A stretch of 39,497 nucleotides of DNA, taken from NCBI GenBank assembly GCA_001600815.1, contig BCKZ01000039.1, positions 67,420-106,916 of the forward strand. Direction: 5' to 3'. How positions within the stretch are numbered: the stretch's first letter is position 1; the number at the start of each line of letters is the position of its first letter. Position numbers and translations under genes: made by a program. The stretch is from Alloascoidea hylecoeti (taxonomy: Eukaryota). Positions 12,072 through 21,797 of the stretch are shown piece after piece. The notes beneath the pieces are model-generated. The model made no database searches, was not told where the DNA came from, and saw nothing but the letters and a program-made list of their open reading frames with translations.

Positions 12072-13171
12072 TATTGACAAGACTTTAACAACTTGGTAAT
12101 TTCAAGTTTATATGCATTATTGGGGAAACTTTAGATAGATAGAACCTTCCCTTAGTATAGATTTTTGACAATCAACAATATATTTTCCATCTTCATCTAG
12201 TCTATAATTTCATAAAAATGATGGAGCCTATATAAGATAATATGGAGAACATAAAAATAATATCTCTAAAACTCACATCTAGTGCGAGAGACTATTATTT
12301 TAATTTACAACAGTCCTTCTACATATGTATTTTGATTTTCCATTATTATCAAGTCTTCTTTAATATTCATTTTCATTAAAATTCCAAACTTCATTTTGAT
12401 TTTGATTGTTAGTGGTTGTGGAGCAATTAAAAAGAAAACGGGTGGGTGGTCAACTAATTATCGTGCCCAAGAACCTTAAAGTATTCGAAAAGAATCAAAT
12501 TTAAAAGTTCACTTCTATTTTTCCTTATATCCTGTATTACCTGGCCGTAAGCTTAATAGTTGAAAATTCAAATATCTAGAACTATAGCTATCTTCTTACT
12601 TCACAGAAGCCAACATCTTGAAGTTGTAGGTCAAAAGAAAAATAGATGAAGGATAGCTTTAAGCTTTGGTAAAACTCTAGATCATTTGTGTTAAGGCTGT
12701 ATTTGAACCTTTATAAAAATAATATAGTTTTAATCCTAAATTAGTAGCCCAATCATAAACCTTAGAGTATTATTTTTACATTTTTCATGTATTATATATC
12801 GGAAACTTGATGTTAAATCAACCACAGCGCTTATTTCTATTTCTTTTCGGACTACCACTATAAGGGCTAAATAGAAGCTGTTCGAATGTCTTCTGTATTT
12901 CAGATATCTTACTTTGTGATTAACACTGATTAATACTATTAATATTTTAATCAATTGTTTAAACCAATCATGCTTACAACTTACAACCGAACTTTGTCAT
13001 AAACCTTATTTATTCATCTTTATAAATAGCCTAGTTTTGGGGTTTTTATTATAAATACATAACATTAATTATAAATACTTTTGTCAATATAAAAATATTC
13101 ATTTAATCAAAATATATGACATGATCAGCTAAAGAAACACCAAGAAATTTGATTCCCCAAATTGAATTTTT

Positions 13172-13254
13172 GAATGAGTTTAAAGAGGAAACCAATATTA
13201 AGATTGAAGAACTTAACACCAAATTTGATAGAACTCTGGAAGTGTTATCAAGAC
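13172..13254 (+). repeat. Left arm of an 83-bp perfect inverted repeat (partner 18883-18965)
   Basis: gaatgagtttaaagagg...gtgttatcaagac is the exact reverse complement of 18883-18965. Weaker similarity continues inward for about 60 bp. Confidence 0.92.
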
Positions 13255-13733
13255 CGGAAAAGGATAGAGTTAATGGCAAAGGACAAGATCTTTGTTTTTC
13301 AATGGAATAACTGAACACTCTAATTTTGGACATGGTACAATGGAGTCATTTGATGATAAAACTCAAACCAGTACCACCGTTGGAAAAATTTAGATCCATG
13401 CAAAGTCACCTTCATGCGTTGTCGTCCGCATGCATCTGAATATGATAAATCTCACGTTTGAGTCCATCCGTATCGCAGGACGGAACGAGATATTCGAATT
13501 TAGAATTCGGTTTGCATTTTACGAGTTTTCGGTTCGGATTGTAAAATTTATTATTATTAAAATTTATTAAAATTTATTAAATATTATATAAAATATATAA
13601 TTAAATAGATATATACGTGGCTTTAAAAATCCCCAAATTTAACCGCATTTACCTAAACACACCGAACAAAATGATATCGACATTGTTAACACGAACATAT
13701 ACCCTCCTTGAATTCATCTGCGANTGAAATTAT

Positions 13734-14073
13734 AAATCTACTGAAATTAAATTAACCAACAATTACCTAAACAGTTTNATTTGATCGTTAGATGATATCG
13801 ATATTGATAATGATACATATATAGAACATACCCCTTATTTATTCTTGTTAAATTTCGAGAACTTCTTCAACGAAACTTTAGGAAATCTATTGAAATTAAA
13901 TTAACCAACAATTACCTAGACAGTTTCATTTGATCGTTAGATGATATCGATATTGATAATGATACATATATAGAACATACCCTATTTATTCTTGATAAGC
14001 TTCGAGAACTNAAAACATTCCTTGTCCACCTGCGACTAATGAAACTTTAAAATCTATTTGAAATTAAATTAAC
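13734..14073 (+). repeat. Direct repeat of about 150 bp (2 full copies plus a partial third) upstream of the transposase
   Basis: aaatcta(c/t)tgaaattaaattaaccaacaattacct...gatatcgatattgataatgatacatatatagaacatacc...ttcgagaact occurs at about 13734 and 13883. The unit start recurs at about 14049. Confidence 0.9.
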
Positions 14074-14301
14074 AGAACCAAAATTAAACATTAGAAGATG
14101 CGAGCTGTATAAGAAATTTAAAAAATTTATTTCTTAACAATATAATAAATTGTGAACATTCGTAAGAAACAATTTTTGGATGTTGTGAGTAAGAAGAATG
14201 AATAAAATTTTCCAAAAAGAAAATTTAAAGCTTCCAAACACCCTTACGCCCGAAAGTACTACTTAAACTTAAACTTAAATAAGTTTCCAACAACAATAAT
14301 A

Positions 14302-14964
14302 ATGGACTTGAACTTGTATCATCAATTGCAAGCTCGTAAACTTGAGAAAAAGAGAGCTCGTGGAAGAATAAACAAGGCTCGGGAACGTCAAAGGAAGAAA
14401 TTCAAACCTCCCATCACACACACATATTCAGTCAATACAATCTTCGACCCGCCACCAAGCACCAGTGCTAATCAAAGGTGCCCATCCACCATTGAAGCGC
14501 CCCAAAATATGCAGGGCCCGAACCCAATTGAAGTATCAAATATGGGAAATGTAATTGGGCTCGACACTTCAACGGTTAACCGGCACCAAGCCTTTCCCAA
14601 TTTTGTTAATGAAGACGAATTGGAGGCAGAAGCTATGGATGCTGATGAGTCCGAAGGCGAACTGGAACCTGAAGAATTGTATGGTCCGCCTAATAGAGAA
14701 ATGGAAGCTAATGAATCCGATGAGTATATCGCGACGTTGAGTATAAACGGTGTGCAGAACATGAAATCCAGAAATAACTCCATAATGGGTATTATATTAA
14801 GTGTAATAACCTTAGACGGAGTTATGACCACAAACACATGTAAAGATAGACAATTAAAATATGCCACAAAAATGCTTAAGCAATTCATGGAACGTTTGGG
14901 AGAAGATAAAAGATTATCAGATGAATTGGTGGGAATTAAAGGTATCAATCATATTGTATTTTAA
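14302..14964 (+). CDS. Transposon-associated ORF, probable first exon of the transposase
   Basis: Basic NLS-like N-terminus and an acidic stretch. A phase-1 intron 14942-15129 (GTATCA..TACTAAT/TCTAAC..TAG) would join it in frame to the transposase ORF, but the donor is non-consensus. Confidence 0.55.
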   Translation: MDLNLYHQLQARKLEKKRARGRINKARERQRKKFKPPITHTYSVNTIFDPPPSTSANQRCPSTIEAPQNMQGPNPIEVSNMGNVIGLDTSTVNRHQAFPNFVNEDELEAEAMDADESEGELEPEELYGPPNREMEANESDEYIATLSINGVQNMKSRNNSIMGIILSVITLDGVMTTNTCKDRQLKYATKMLKQFMERLGEDKRLSDELVGIKGINHIVF

Positions 14965-15098
14965 TCTGTACATGTCTCTACTTTTCAATATTCATTTTAA
15001 TTTTCAGATTGATATTTGTGAAATTAAATTGGATTTTAAGTTAATTGAATTTTAAAAGTCAAACATGATTCAATGAATTTGTAAGGCTATATCATACA

Positions 15099-17408
15099 AT
15101 GTTACTAATATCTAACCTTCGTATTATAGGACAAATAAGCATGTACCACTATTACAAATCCATAACCAACGCCATTCAAATTCCAAAACCTACAGAAGTT
15201 AGGTACTGTTCCAATTTCTGTATGGCATTCACTGGTGATCAGGAAAACATTTCTGCTTGCCCTCATTGTGAGGAGCTTAAAGTATCAAGTAAAAAGATTT
15301 TATACAACAAAATAGAGCCATATATACGCACTCTATTTGGAAACGTGTCAATTGCAAAACATCTGAATAGAGAAATAATTAAACAACCGGGGATTTACAG
15401 TGAGGAGGAGCATGGGGAGTTCTACGAAAAGATGTCACTAACTCCAGTCCCTAATGGGAATGGCGAATATTTCTACGAAATGTCTGAGGATGTATACTCC
15501 ATGCGGCTGACACTCTTGAGTGATGGACTTAATTATTGTCGCACTGGGAATCTAAGTGGAATCATTATGGATGTTGTTTGTAATAATATGGGAGTACACA
15601 GAAATCTACCAAAATTAAAACATAATCTAATGGTTTTCCCTGGAAACCGAGTTGTAGACTCTTCTCTGACTAAATCGGATGTGGATAGCTTTTTATATCA
15701 TCTATATGAAGAAGCCGCTAGGCTTGAGAAGGGTGTCAGAGTCTATGACAGTTATTTGAAAAAGGTGAAATCAGTAAGGGTGTATATTAACAAACTCTGT
15801 GGTGATATTCCAGGTACAGCAAAGCTCCTTCAATTTGGATTACATACGGCATCAACCCCATGCAGATTTTGTCTAATAAAAAAATCAGTATCATCAATTC
15901 CTAACACAGATGGAAGATTACGCGGTGTGATTAACTGTGAATCGCATAGAAATACTACTTGTATTGTTTCTGCAGAGCCACGCACAGTGGAAAATTATAA
16001 TCAAACATTAGAATCATTGAAGGATCCGAACATCTCGAAGGAAACCAAAATGAATATCAGAAAGGATAGTGGTATCACTGGTTCATCAAAATTATTCTTT
16101 TTGTCAGCATTTAAATTATGCAGTTCTGCCCCCGTTGACTATATGCACTTAATGTTCGAAAATCTGGGGAGAACGGTGGTTTTAAAGAGTCTGTTGGGCG
16201 AATTTGATGAGCCGCACATTGAATTGAAGCTTCAGCTTTCTAATAGTGAACTGAAACGTTTGGATAAGCTGTTAGTTACTAGTAACAGCAGTCTACCATT
16301 CCAAGGGTTTGGGAGGCCATTTCATACTGGGATGATGTTAGGAAAAGGATATCTCACTGCGGAATGTGTCAGCAATCTGCTCAATATACTACCATCATTG
16401 TTGTTTACTAATAACTTCAACATTCATCCTGATCATCTTACGCTTATGAATATGTTGTATCAGATTCATACGATATGCACGTTAACTGAAAACACAACGG
16501 AAACCATTGCTCAACTGGAGGCCATAATTAAGAAGTTTATACCTGCCTATGAAAAGTTATATAGTGTTCATATTGATTCATATGGGTTGGCCCGGGGTAC
16601 CATGCCGATTCATTACCTTTGTCACCTTCCGCAGCAATTAAAGGACTGGGGGAGTATTACCAGTAATTGGTGCTTTGCTACTGAGAGATCGGTGAAAGAG
16701 CATAGAGACAGGTACAAACCCAATCGCTTTGGTCTCTGCAGCTGCAGTTGGTCAGCATCGTATTCCAATATATCAAAGTCAGGTCAAATAGCTATGCAAG
16801 ATGCCGTAGAAATCTTTGGGAAACAAGAAGGTACTGTTACACCTAGCAGAGAAAATACATCATTTGTATTTAACAATCAACAGAAGCATGCATTAGCGAC
16901 TTATCTTTATAAATCAAATGAATTCCCGGAAATTCATTCAGCCAAAGAAGCCAAAGAGATAGTTAAGAACACATTGTCTAAGGTTCATATTTATAATCGG
17001 TTTCAAATACCATTCACAGAAGAGATTATAAATCTCAATCAAACTCATCATGGTAATAGGGATACCAATGCAATAATGTACCACAAATTGAATAGAGGTG
17101 TCATGGAAATCCAATATGGTATCGTAATTGGCTTAGTGACTGGATTCAAGCAACAGCAGTTGCTTTTGGTTCAACATAGACCCCAGCTGCTGGAATATAA
17201 TTTTAATGGTACATATATTCGATCGTTTCAGACTGGTCCTAATATCCCCACAACGACTCATGTGATTGATGTGGGAGATGTAAATGGTCTAGTGGGTCTC
17301 ATAAAACCCAGTACTACCAGGACAATAGTGGTTGATAGACCAGGAAGAGGTCTGGCAATGTATTGTAGACGTGATCTTAATAGTATTTTATTGGAAGATG
17401 ATGAATAA
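15099..17408 (+). CDS. CMC-superfamily (CACTA/EnSpm, Tnp2-like) DDE transposase
   Basis: Uninterrupted 769-codon frame with CSNFC..F..CPHC, LLSDG, GDIPGTAK..H..PCRFC, PVDYMH and HYLCHL..WG..WCFATER motifs, all characteristic of CMC transposases. Confidence 0.88.
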   Translation: MLLISNLRIIGQISMYHYYKSITNAIQIPKPTEVRYCSNFCMAFTGDQENISACPHCEELKVSSKKILYNKIEPYIRTLFGNVSIAKHLNREIIKQPGIYSEEEHGEFYEKMSLTPVPNGNGEYFYEMSEDVYSMRLTLLSDGLNYCRTGNLSGIIMDVVCNNMGVHRNLPKLKHNLMVFPGNRVVDSSLTKSDVDSFLYHLYEEAARLEKGVRVYDSYLKKVKSVRVYINKLCGDIPGTAKLLQFGLHTASTPCRFCLIKKSVSSIPNTDGRLRGVINCESHRNTTCIVSAEPRTVENYNQTLESLKDPNISKETKMNIRKDSGITGSSKLFFLSAFKLCSSAPVDYMHLMFENLGRTVVLKSLLGEFDEPHIELKLQLSNSELKRLDKLLVTSNSSLPFQGFGRPFHTGMMLGKGYLTAECVSNLLNILPSLLFTNNFNIHPDHLTLMNMLYQIHTICTLTENTTETIAQLEAIIKKFIPAYEKLYSVHIDSYGLARGTMPIHYLCHLPQQLKDWGSITSNWCFATERSVKEHRDRYKPNRFGLCSCSWSASYSNISKSGQIAMQDAVEIFGKQEGTVTPSRENTSFVFNNQQKHALATYLYKSNEFPEIHSAKEAKEIVKNTLSKVHIYNRFQIPFTEEIINLNQTHHGNRDTNAIMYHKLNRGVMEIQYGIVIGLVTGFKQQQLLLVQHRPQLLEYNFNGTYIRSFQTGPNIPTTTHVIDVGDVNGLVGLIKPSTTRTIVVDRPGRGLAMYCRRDLNSILLEDDE

Positions 17409-18324
17409 GTAAATAATGAGAAGGTTCTATCATTAGGTATTATATTTCTTTGATTGGTATAGTTTAACATTGTTGATCATCTGAACAATATTGATAACCA
17501 TAACATATTATTAATTGCACCAATTTCTTGAATCCAATAACAATTATAACTGTCTCCTATTACAAATTATAACCCAAATTGCCTATGACAGGACCCATTA
17601 TAACCAATACAAGTTATAACTTATAACCAAAAGTAGTAATAAGCACTTTCGTTATAATTTGTCACCAACACTCACTGTGCCGGAAGCAGCTGTAATAGAA
17701 CCAATATATACTCTTAGAGTTCTTTGATTTTTATCGATTTAACAACTTAGCCATAATTCGTAGTTTATATTTTTGCTCATGTAAAATAGTACTAGTCTAC
17801 AAAATCAATTACGGAAAACTAATTGCTGCCCAATTCCGGAATAGCTGATATTTTCTTAAGAAAGTCGCCATTTTCAAAGTATACTGAAACCGAACGTTCG
17901 AACCATTATATAATATTAATAAAGTGTAAAGTTAGCCGGAAAGAAACTGATTAATTATACGGATACATTAAATAAAAAAACGGTAAAAAATCCGAATATA
18001 TAAATGTTTTCTACTACAGTACTGCTACTGCAGCTGGATTGTATACGTTACTTAGTCCAAAATGCCGAATGCCGCAAAGAGTAGGGGGAAATTCCCCGGA
18101 TAGCACTCCATTTACGTACTCTCGCACTAATTTACCTTACCACTGCATCTGAAAGTGATTTATTGGCTCCATTTGGAAAGCTCTTGCAGATAATCACAGT
18201 TTCATTAAAATATCCTTGCATTTTAATCAAAACATCCTTGTTAAATTGAGAATTTTGCATATTTCACTGTTTCAGAGTAAATTGGTGTTCTTAACTATGG
18301 TAAACTTTTCAGATTTTTCCAACG

Positions 18325-18687
18325 GTGAGTACATCTGAAATTAAAAAATCGAATGTTTCTAAAGAAGTTTCAGTGAATTATTCAACCAAGGCATTTCATT
18401 ATAGAGAGTTTGAAATTGAAGTAGCTCGAGATGAAGAAGATGCAAGTGAAAATTTAATTATATTCAAAGGGATGAAAGGTAGGGAAGATAATATCTTAAG
18501 CATTAAAAATCATGATGATACTGTTCAATATGTATCTAAAAATATCAATGCTAAATTTATTAGCCGAATGATTAAAGCAAAATGTGACTTTAGAAGAGAG
18601 ATTACTCATAAGATAATTGCAGCAGCATTTGATGTATGTGCCAATGGTCCAATGGGAATTAGACGTGTTAGGAATTCTGAAATCTAA
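18325..18687 (+). CDS. Hypothetical protein or exon, possibly an accessory gene of the transposon
   Basis: 120-codon open frame with protein-like composition and no ATG at its start. It is preceded by a ttttcag acceptor-like site near 18312. Confidence 0.3.
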   Translation: MSTSEIKKSNVSKEVSVNYSTKAFHYREFEIEVARDEEDASENLIIFKGMKGREDNILSIKNHDDTVQYVSKNINAKFISRMIKAKCDFRREITHKIIAAAFDVCANGPMGIRRVRNSEI

Positions 18688-18882
18688 ACATATTATTGTA
18701 CATTGTGAGATGTGGGATAAATACGGAGACTATTATCTTGATAATAAATTTATATCTTAAATTAAATTATCTATATACTGGTATAATAAAAATTAAAAAA
18801 AAGATGTTCTAAAGAAGGAGTATCGAGTTATTCCTTTTCAAAGGAACCTCTTGTACTTTCCAGCATCTCTATCATTTTTCAA

Positions 18883-18965
18883 GTCTTGATAACACTTCCA
18901 GAGTTCTATCAAATTTGGTGTTAAGTTCTTCAATCTTAATATTGGTTTCCTCTTTAAACTCATTC
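18883..18965 (-). repeat. Right arm of the 83-bp inverted repeat
   Basis: Reverse complement of 13172-13254; abuts a T13 run. Confidence 0.92.
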
Positions 18966-19345
18966 TTTTTTTTTTTTTAACTTTTCATATATTTTCCAAT
19001 TAAATTATATAACTAGAAACTATGTAAATTCTGAGGAAATCTCTACTATATATAGTGAAATAAAAACCTCTCTTTCTATTCTTCTTATTTTTGTGTATTC
19101 TTGACACTCTTTTTTCTTCCCTTCTTATGTACCTAGACCATCTTTAAAGTAAATTTTTTTTTTTTAGATACTTTTTCAAGTTTTTAGATATTAGAATCGC
19201 CCAATCAATCTCATTTAATATTTGTGGTGGTGTCCCTGCAAATCTAATATTTTTCCTTAGCTCTAGTGCCTTTTTGATAAAAGCCCCATTTTTTTCTATA
19301 TGGTTATCTTTTGGATTTATGATCTTTTTTTTTAACTTTTCATAT
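18966..19345 (-). mobile_element. Poly(A)-tailed LINE-like relic(s) with two stacked 3' ends
   Basis: Minus-strand atatgaaaagtt(A)n occurs at 18966-18991 and 19325-19345. The peptide GAFIKKALELRKNIRFAGTPPQIL resembles the one at 6216-6287. Confidence 0.5.
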
Positions 19346-19409
19346 GATCAATAATTTGAAAAATTCAACCAAAATGATGAGGATGCCATGATTATTCCTT
19401 CACAACCCA

Positions 19410-19712
19410 TGTGAAGACCATTCTCGACTCTTTTTCTTTATCTGTCTTTTTCCTCTTATTTTCTGTTTATCTGGTTACACTCGTTCCTCTCGTGTTCTCG
19501 TAGTTATACTTATTGTTATTATTACGTCTCATGTGATACACTCCAGCATGGCCACAAGTACACCTATTATCGCATGATCTATATATAAACCAGACATAGC
19601 TAGAACTATATAAACCCTCGATTCCATCTAGTTATGGAGTCTAATTAACTTATACTTGACCTCTGTCAAGGTCCTAGTAAGACTCTACAAGTCAATCGTA
19701 GAATCTCTTACA
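19410..19712 (+). repeat. 5' LTR (about 303 bp)
   Basis: Begins TGTGAAGA and ends TCTTACA (imperfect terminal inverted repeat), contains TATATAAA boxes, and is followed directly by the PBS. Confidence 0.8.
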
Positions 19713-19714
19713 TT

Positions 19715-19722
19715 TGGTAGCG
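19715..19722 (+). promoter_or_regulatory. Primer-binding site complementary to the initiator tRNA-Met 3' end
   Basis: TGGTAGCG lies two bases after the LTR CA; the known Ty1/Ty3 PBS begins TGGTAGCG. Confidence 0.8.
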
Positions 19723-20033
19723 GCGCTTCAGAACGCTTTCTGGCGCTTCCTGGTCCTTGGCTACCCTTGGTTCCTTCCTGTTCCTCTGACCTGTTGTTAG
19801 TGTGTGTTCACACTGTTATCTTGTTGTGTGGTAGCTGTGTTCCCTGGTCTTTGTTTGTCTAGTTCTATTCCCCTGGTCTCTTGTTTGTTTAGCTGTATCC
19901 ATTGTCTCTTGTTCCCTTAGTCTTTGTTATTTGGTTATTGGTGAAATACTTTATTCTTGATAATCTTGTTCTGTTTAGAAATTTTGCTGTCTTTTGATTT
20001 TGTTGGAATTTTATTGAAATCGATCTTGAATCC

Positions 20034-21797
20034 TTGTTTGTCGTTATTGTGATTATGGGTTTTAATTCTTGTCAGCCTGTTATTTACTTTGAGCCTCCTT
20101 CAATGGATCCCTATGATGGCACTGGTGATGTTCAAAGGTTTGAACATTTCTTATATATGTTTCAATTAATAGCTCAAATATCTGGTAATGAAATGGACTT
20201 TGATAAAATCCATCTTTTTGGTTCCTATTTGTCTGAAGCTGCTTTAAGATGGTATATATATACACGTTAATGAATATCAAAGTTGGAACGTCTTACTCGA
20301 AGCGTTCCAATCGTATTTTACTCGGTCTCCTGTTGATGAAGTTGTTACTGGTTTAAAGGTTTGTGATGATGATAATAAAACTGCCGAGTTTCGTCCGAAT
20401 TTCCCTCGCAAAGACTTCCGCTGCGTACCCCAAATGTTAAAAGTGATGATGCAGATAATGGTTCCCAATCTTGTGACACAAGAACCCCTGTTGTTGATAT
20501 TGATTGTCAAGTAATGAATTTTAATCTATCATCTGAATCTGTTGTTAATCTCCCGTCTGAACCTTGTGTTAGTGCTAACTCTTTCAATGAACTTCCTGTT
20601 TCTGTAAATGAATTTTTTGTTGAATTGAATATTAATTTGGAAACTACAGTCAACTGTTTGATATCTATGACTAGTGATGTTAATAGTATTACGTCCCACA
20701 TGTTATACATGCCACAGGAACTTATAGATATTTCCCACGATTTGTTGTTTCAATCAATTGGATATATTACTCTAACTTTATCAGATTGTACCGAACCATG
20801 TAATTATCAAGACGAATTTATGATGTATGTGATTAATGATTCCACTGATGCAATTAAAAATGATACAATTATTTTAGGTAATCCATTTATTAGCACCCAT
20901 AAGACTGATATAAATTGGGATTTATCTATTTTTAAACATCTTATTGGTTCTGTTCATAATCCGTCCTTGGTTACTCCTAATTTAATTGATAGAAAATTTT
21001 GTGAAAGTAACTTTGGAGGTTCACAATTTAATTTGTTTTCTGTTCCTCCTGTTAAGAATAATGAAGTTATAAATGAATTGTCTGTTGCTCCTACAGCTAT
21101 AGACTTTCCTGTTAATACTTGTTTGCCCAGTCCTGTTGCTCAGAATAATGGTTTTGTTGACGATCTTTCTCTTGGTTCTTCTATTTCTTCCTGGAATTCT
21201 TCATCTTCTGAAGGTGATGGTGGGAAGGAATGTATTAAAGATAAGTTTAGTTCTCCTGCTCACGCTTTTGATGTTGTACAAGGTGTCGTTAAGAATGTAA
21301 CTGTCGATGAAGAAGAAGAAGATGCTGTTGATAAAGCTGATGTTGTTATGAAAGCCGATGTTGCTATTGTTGTTGATGGTGTATGTGATAAGGTTCATGG
21401 TGAACCTTCCCTTATTAAAGAAGTTCTTGAGGAAGCTACTACTTCCTGTCTTGTTCGTGATTCTGCTAAAGATAATTCTCTTGTTTATGTCGTGGCTTGT
21501 CCTTCTGAGGAAAGCACTCCTAGTTCTGCTGTTCTTGATATGATTGATCTTCTTAAGTTAAATGAAGTTAGTTCTTGCTGTAACACGGTTGAGGTGGCTT
21601 CTATCTGTCTCGACCTTGTCGAAACTCTTCTCATTTTGTCGTTCATAATTGGTTTGGCCATATTGTTTATGTGTTGCTTGAATTCCATGATTTCTGAATT
21701 TGAGTTTCCCAGTTGTATGAATGCTTCAAGAGTTAACTTAATTAAATTAGGTTTCCCTGACCGAGCTCCTAACCGAGCTCCAGCTCCAGCTCCATCC
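20034..21797 (+). pseudogene. Frameshifted gag plus degenerate retropepsin, followed by a low-complexity/hydrophobic region
   Basis: Capsid-like DPYDGTGD..F..KI..YLSEAALRWY, then SWNVLLEAFQSYF after a shift in the (AT)n at about 20255. Protease-like VNCLISMTSDVNSI (no D[ST]G) and IILGNPFISTHKTDINW follow. Confidence 0.75.

Noticed and set aside
13167..13171. T-runs outside both inverted-repeat arms as a TSD
   Set aside because: The right T13 run is better explained as a retroelement poly(A) tail, and the sequence is low complexity.
13734..14073. CRISPR-like array
   Set aside because: Eukaryotic context, long units and no unique spacers.
13431..18153. TGCATCTGAA direct repeat on either side of the transposase
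   Set aside because: Only 10 bp, with no adjoining TIRs; CMC TSDs are 2-3 bp.
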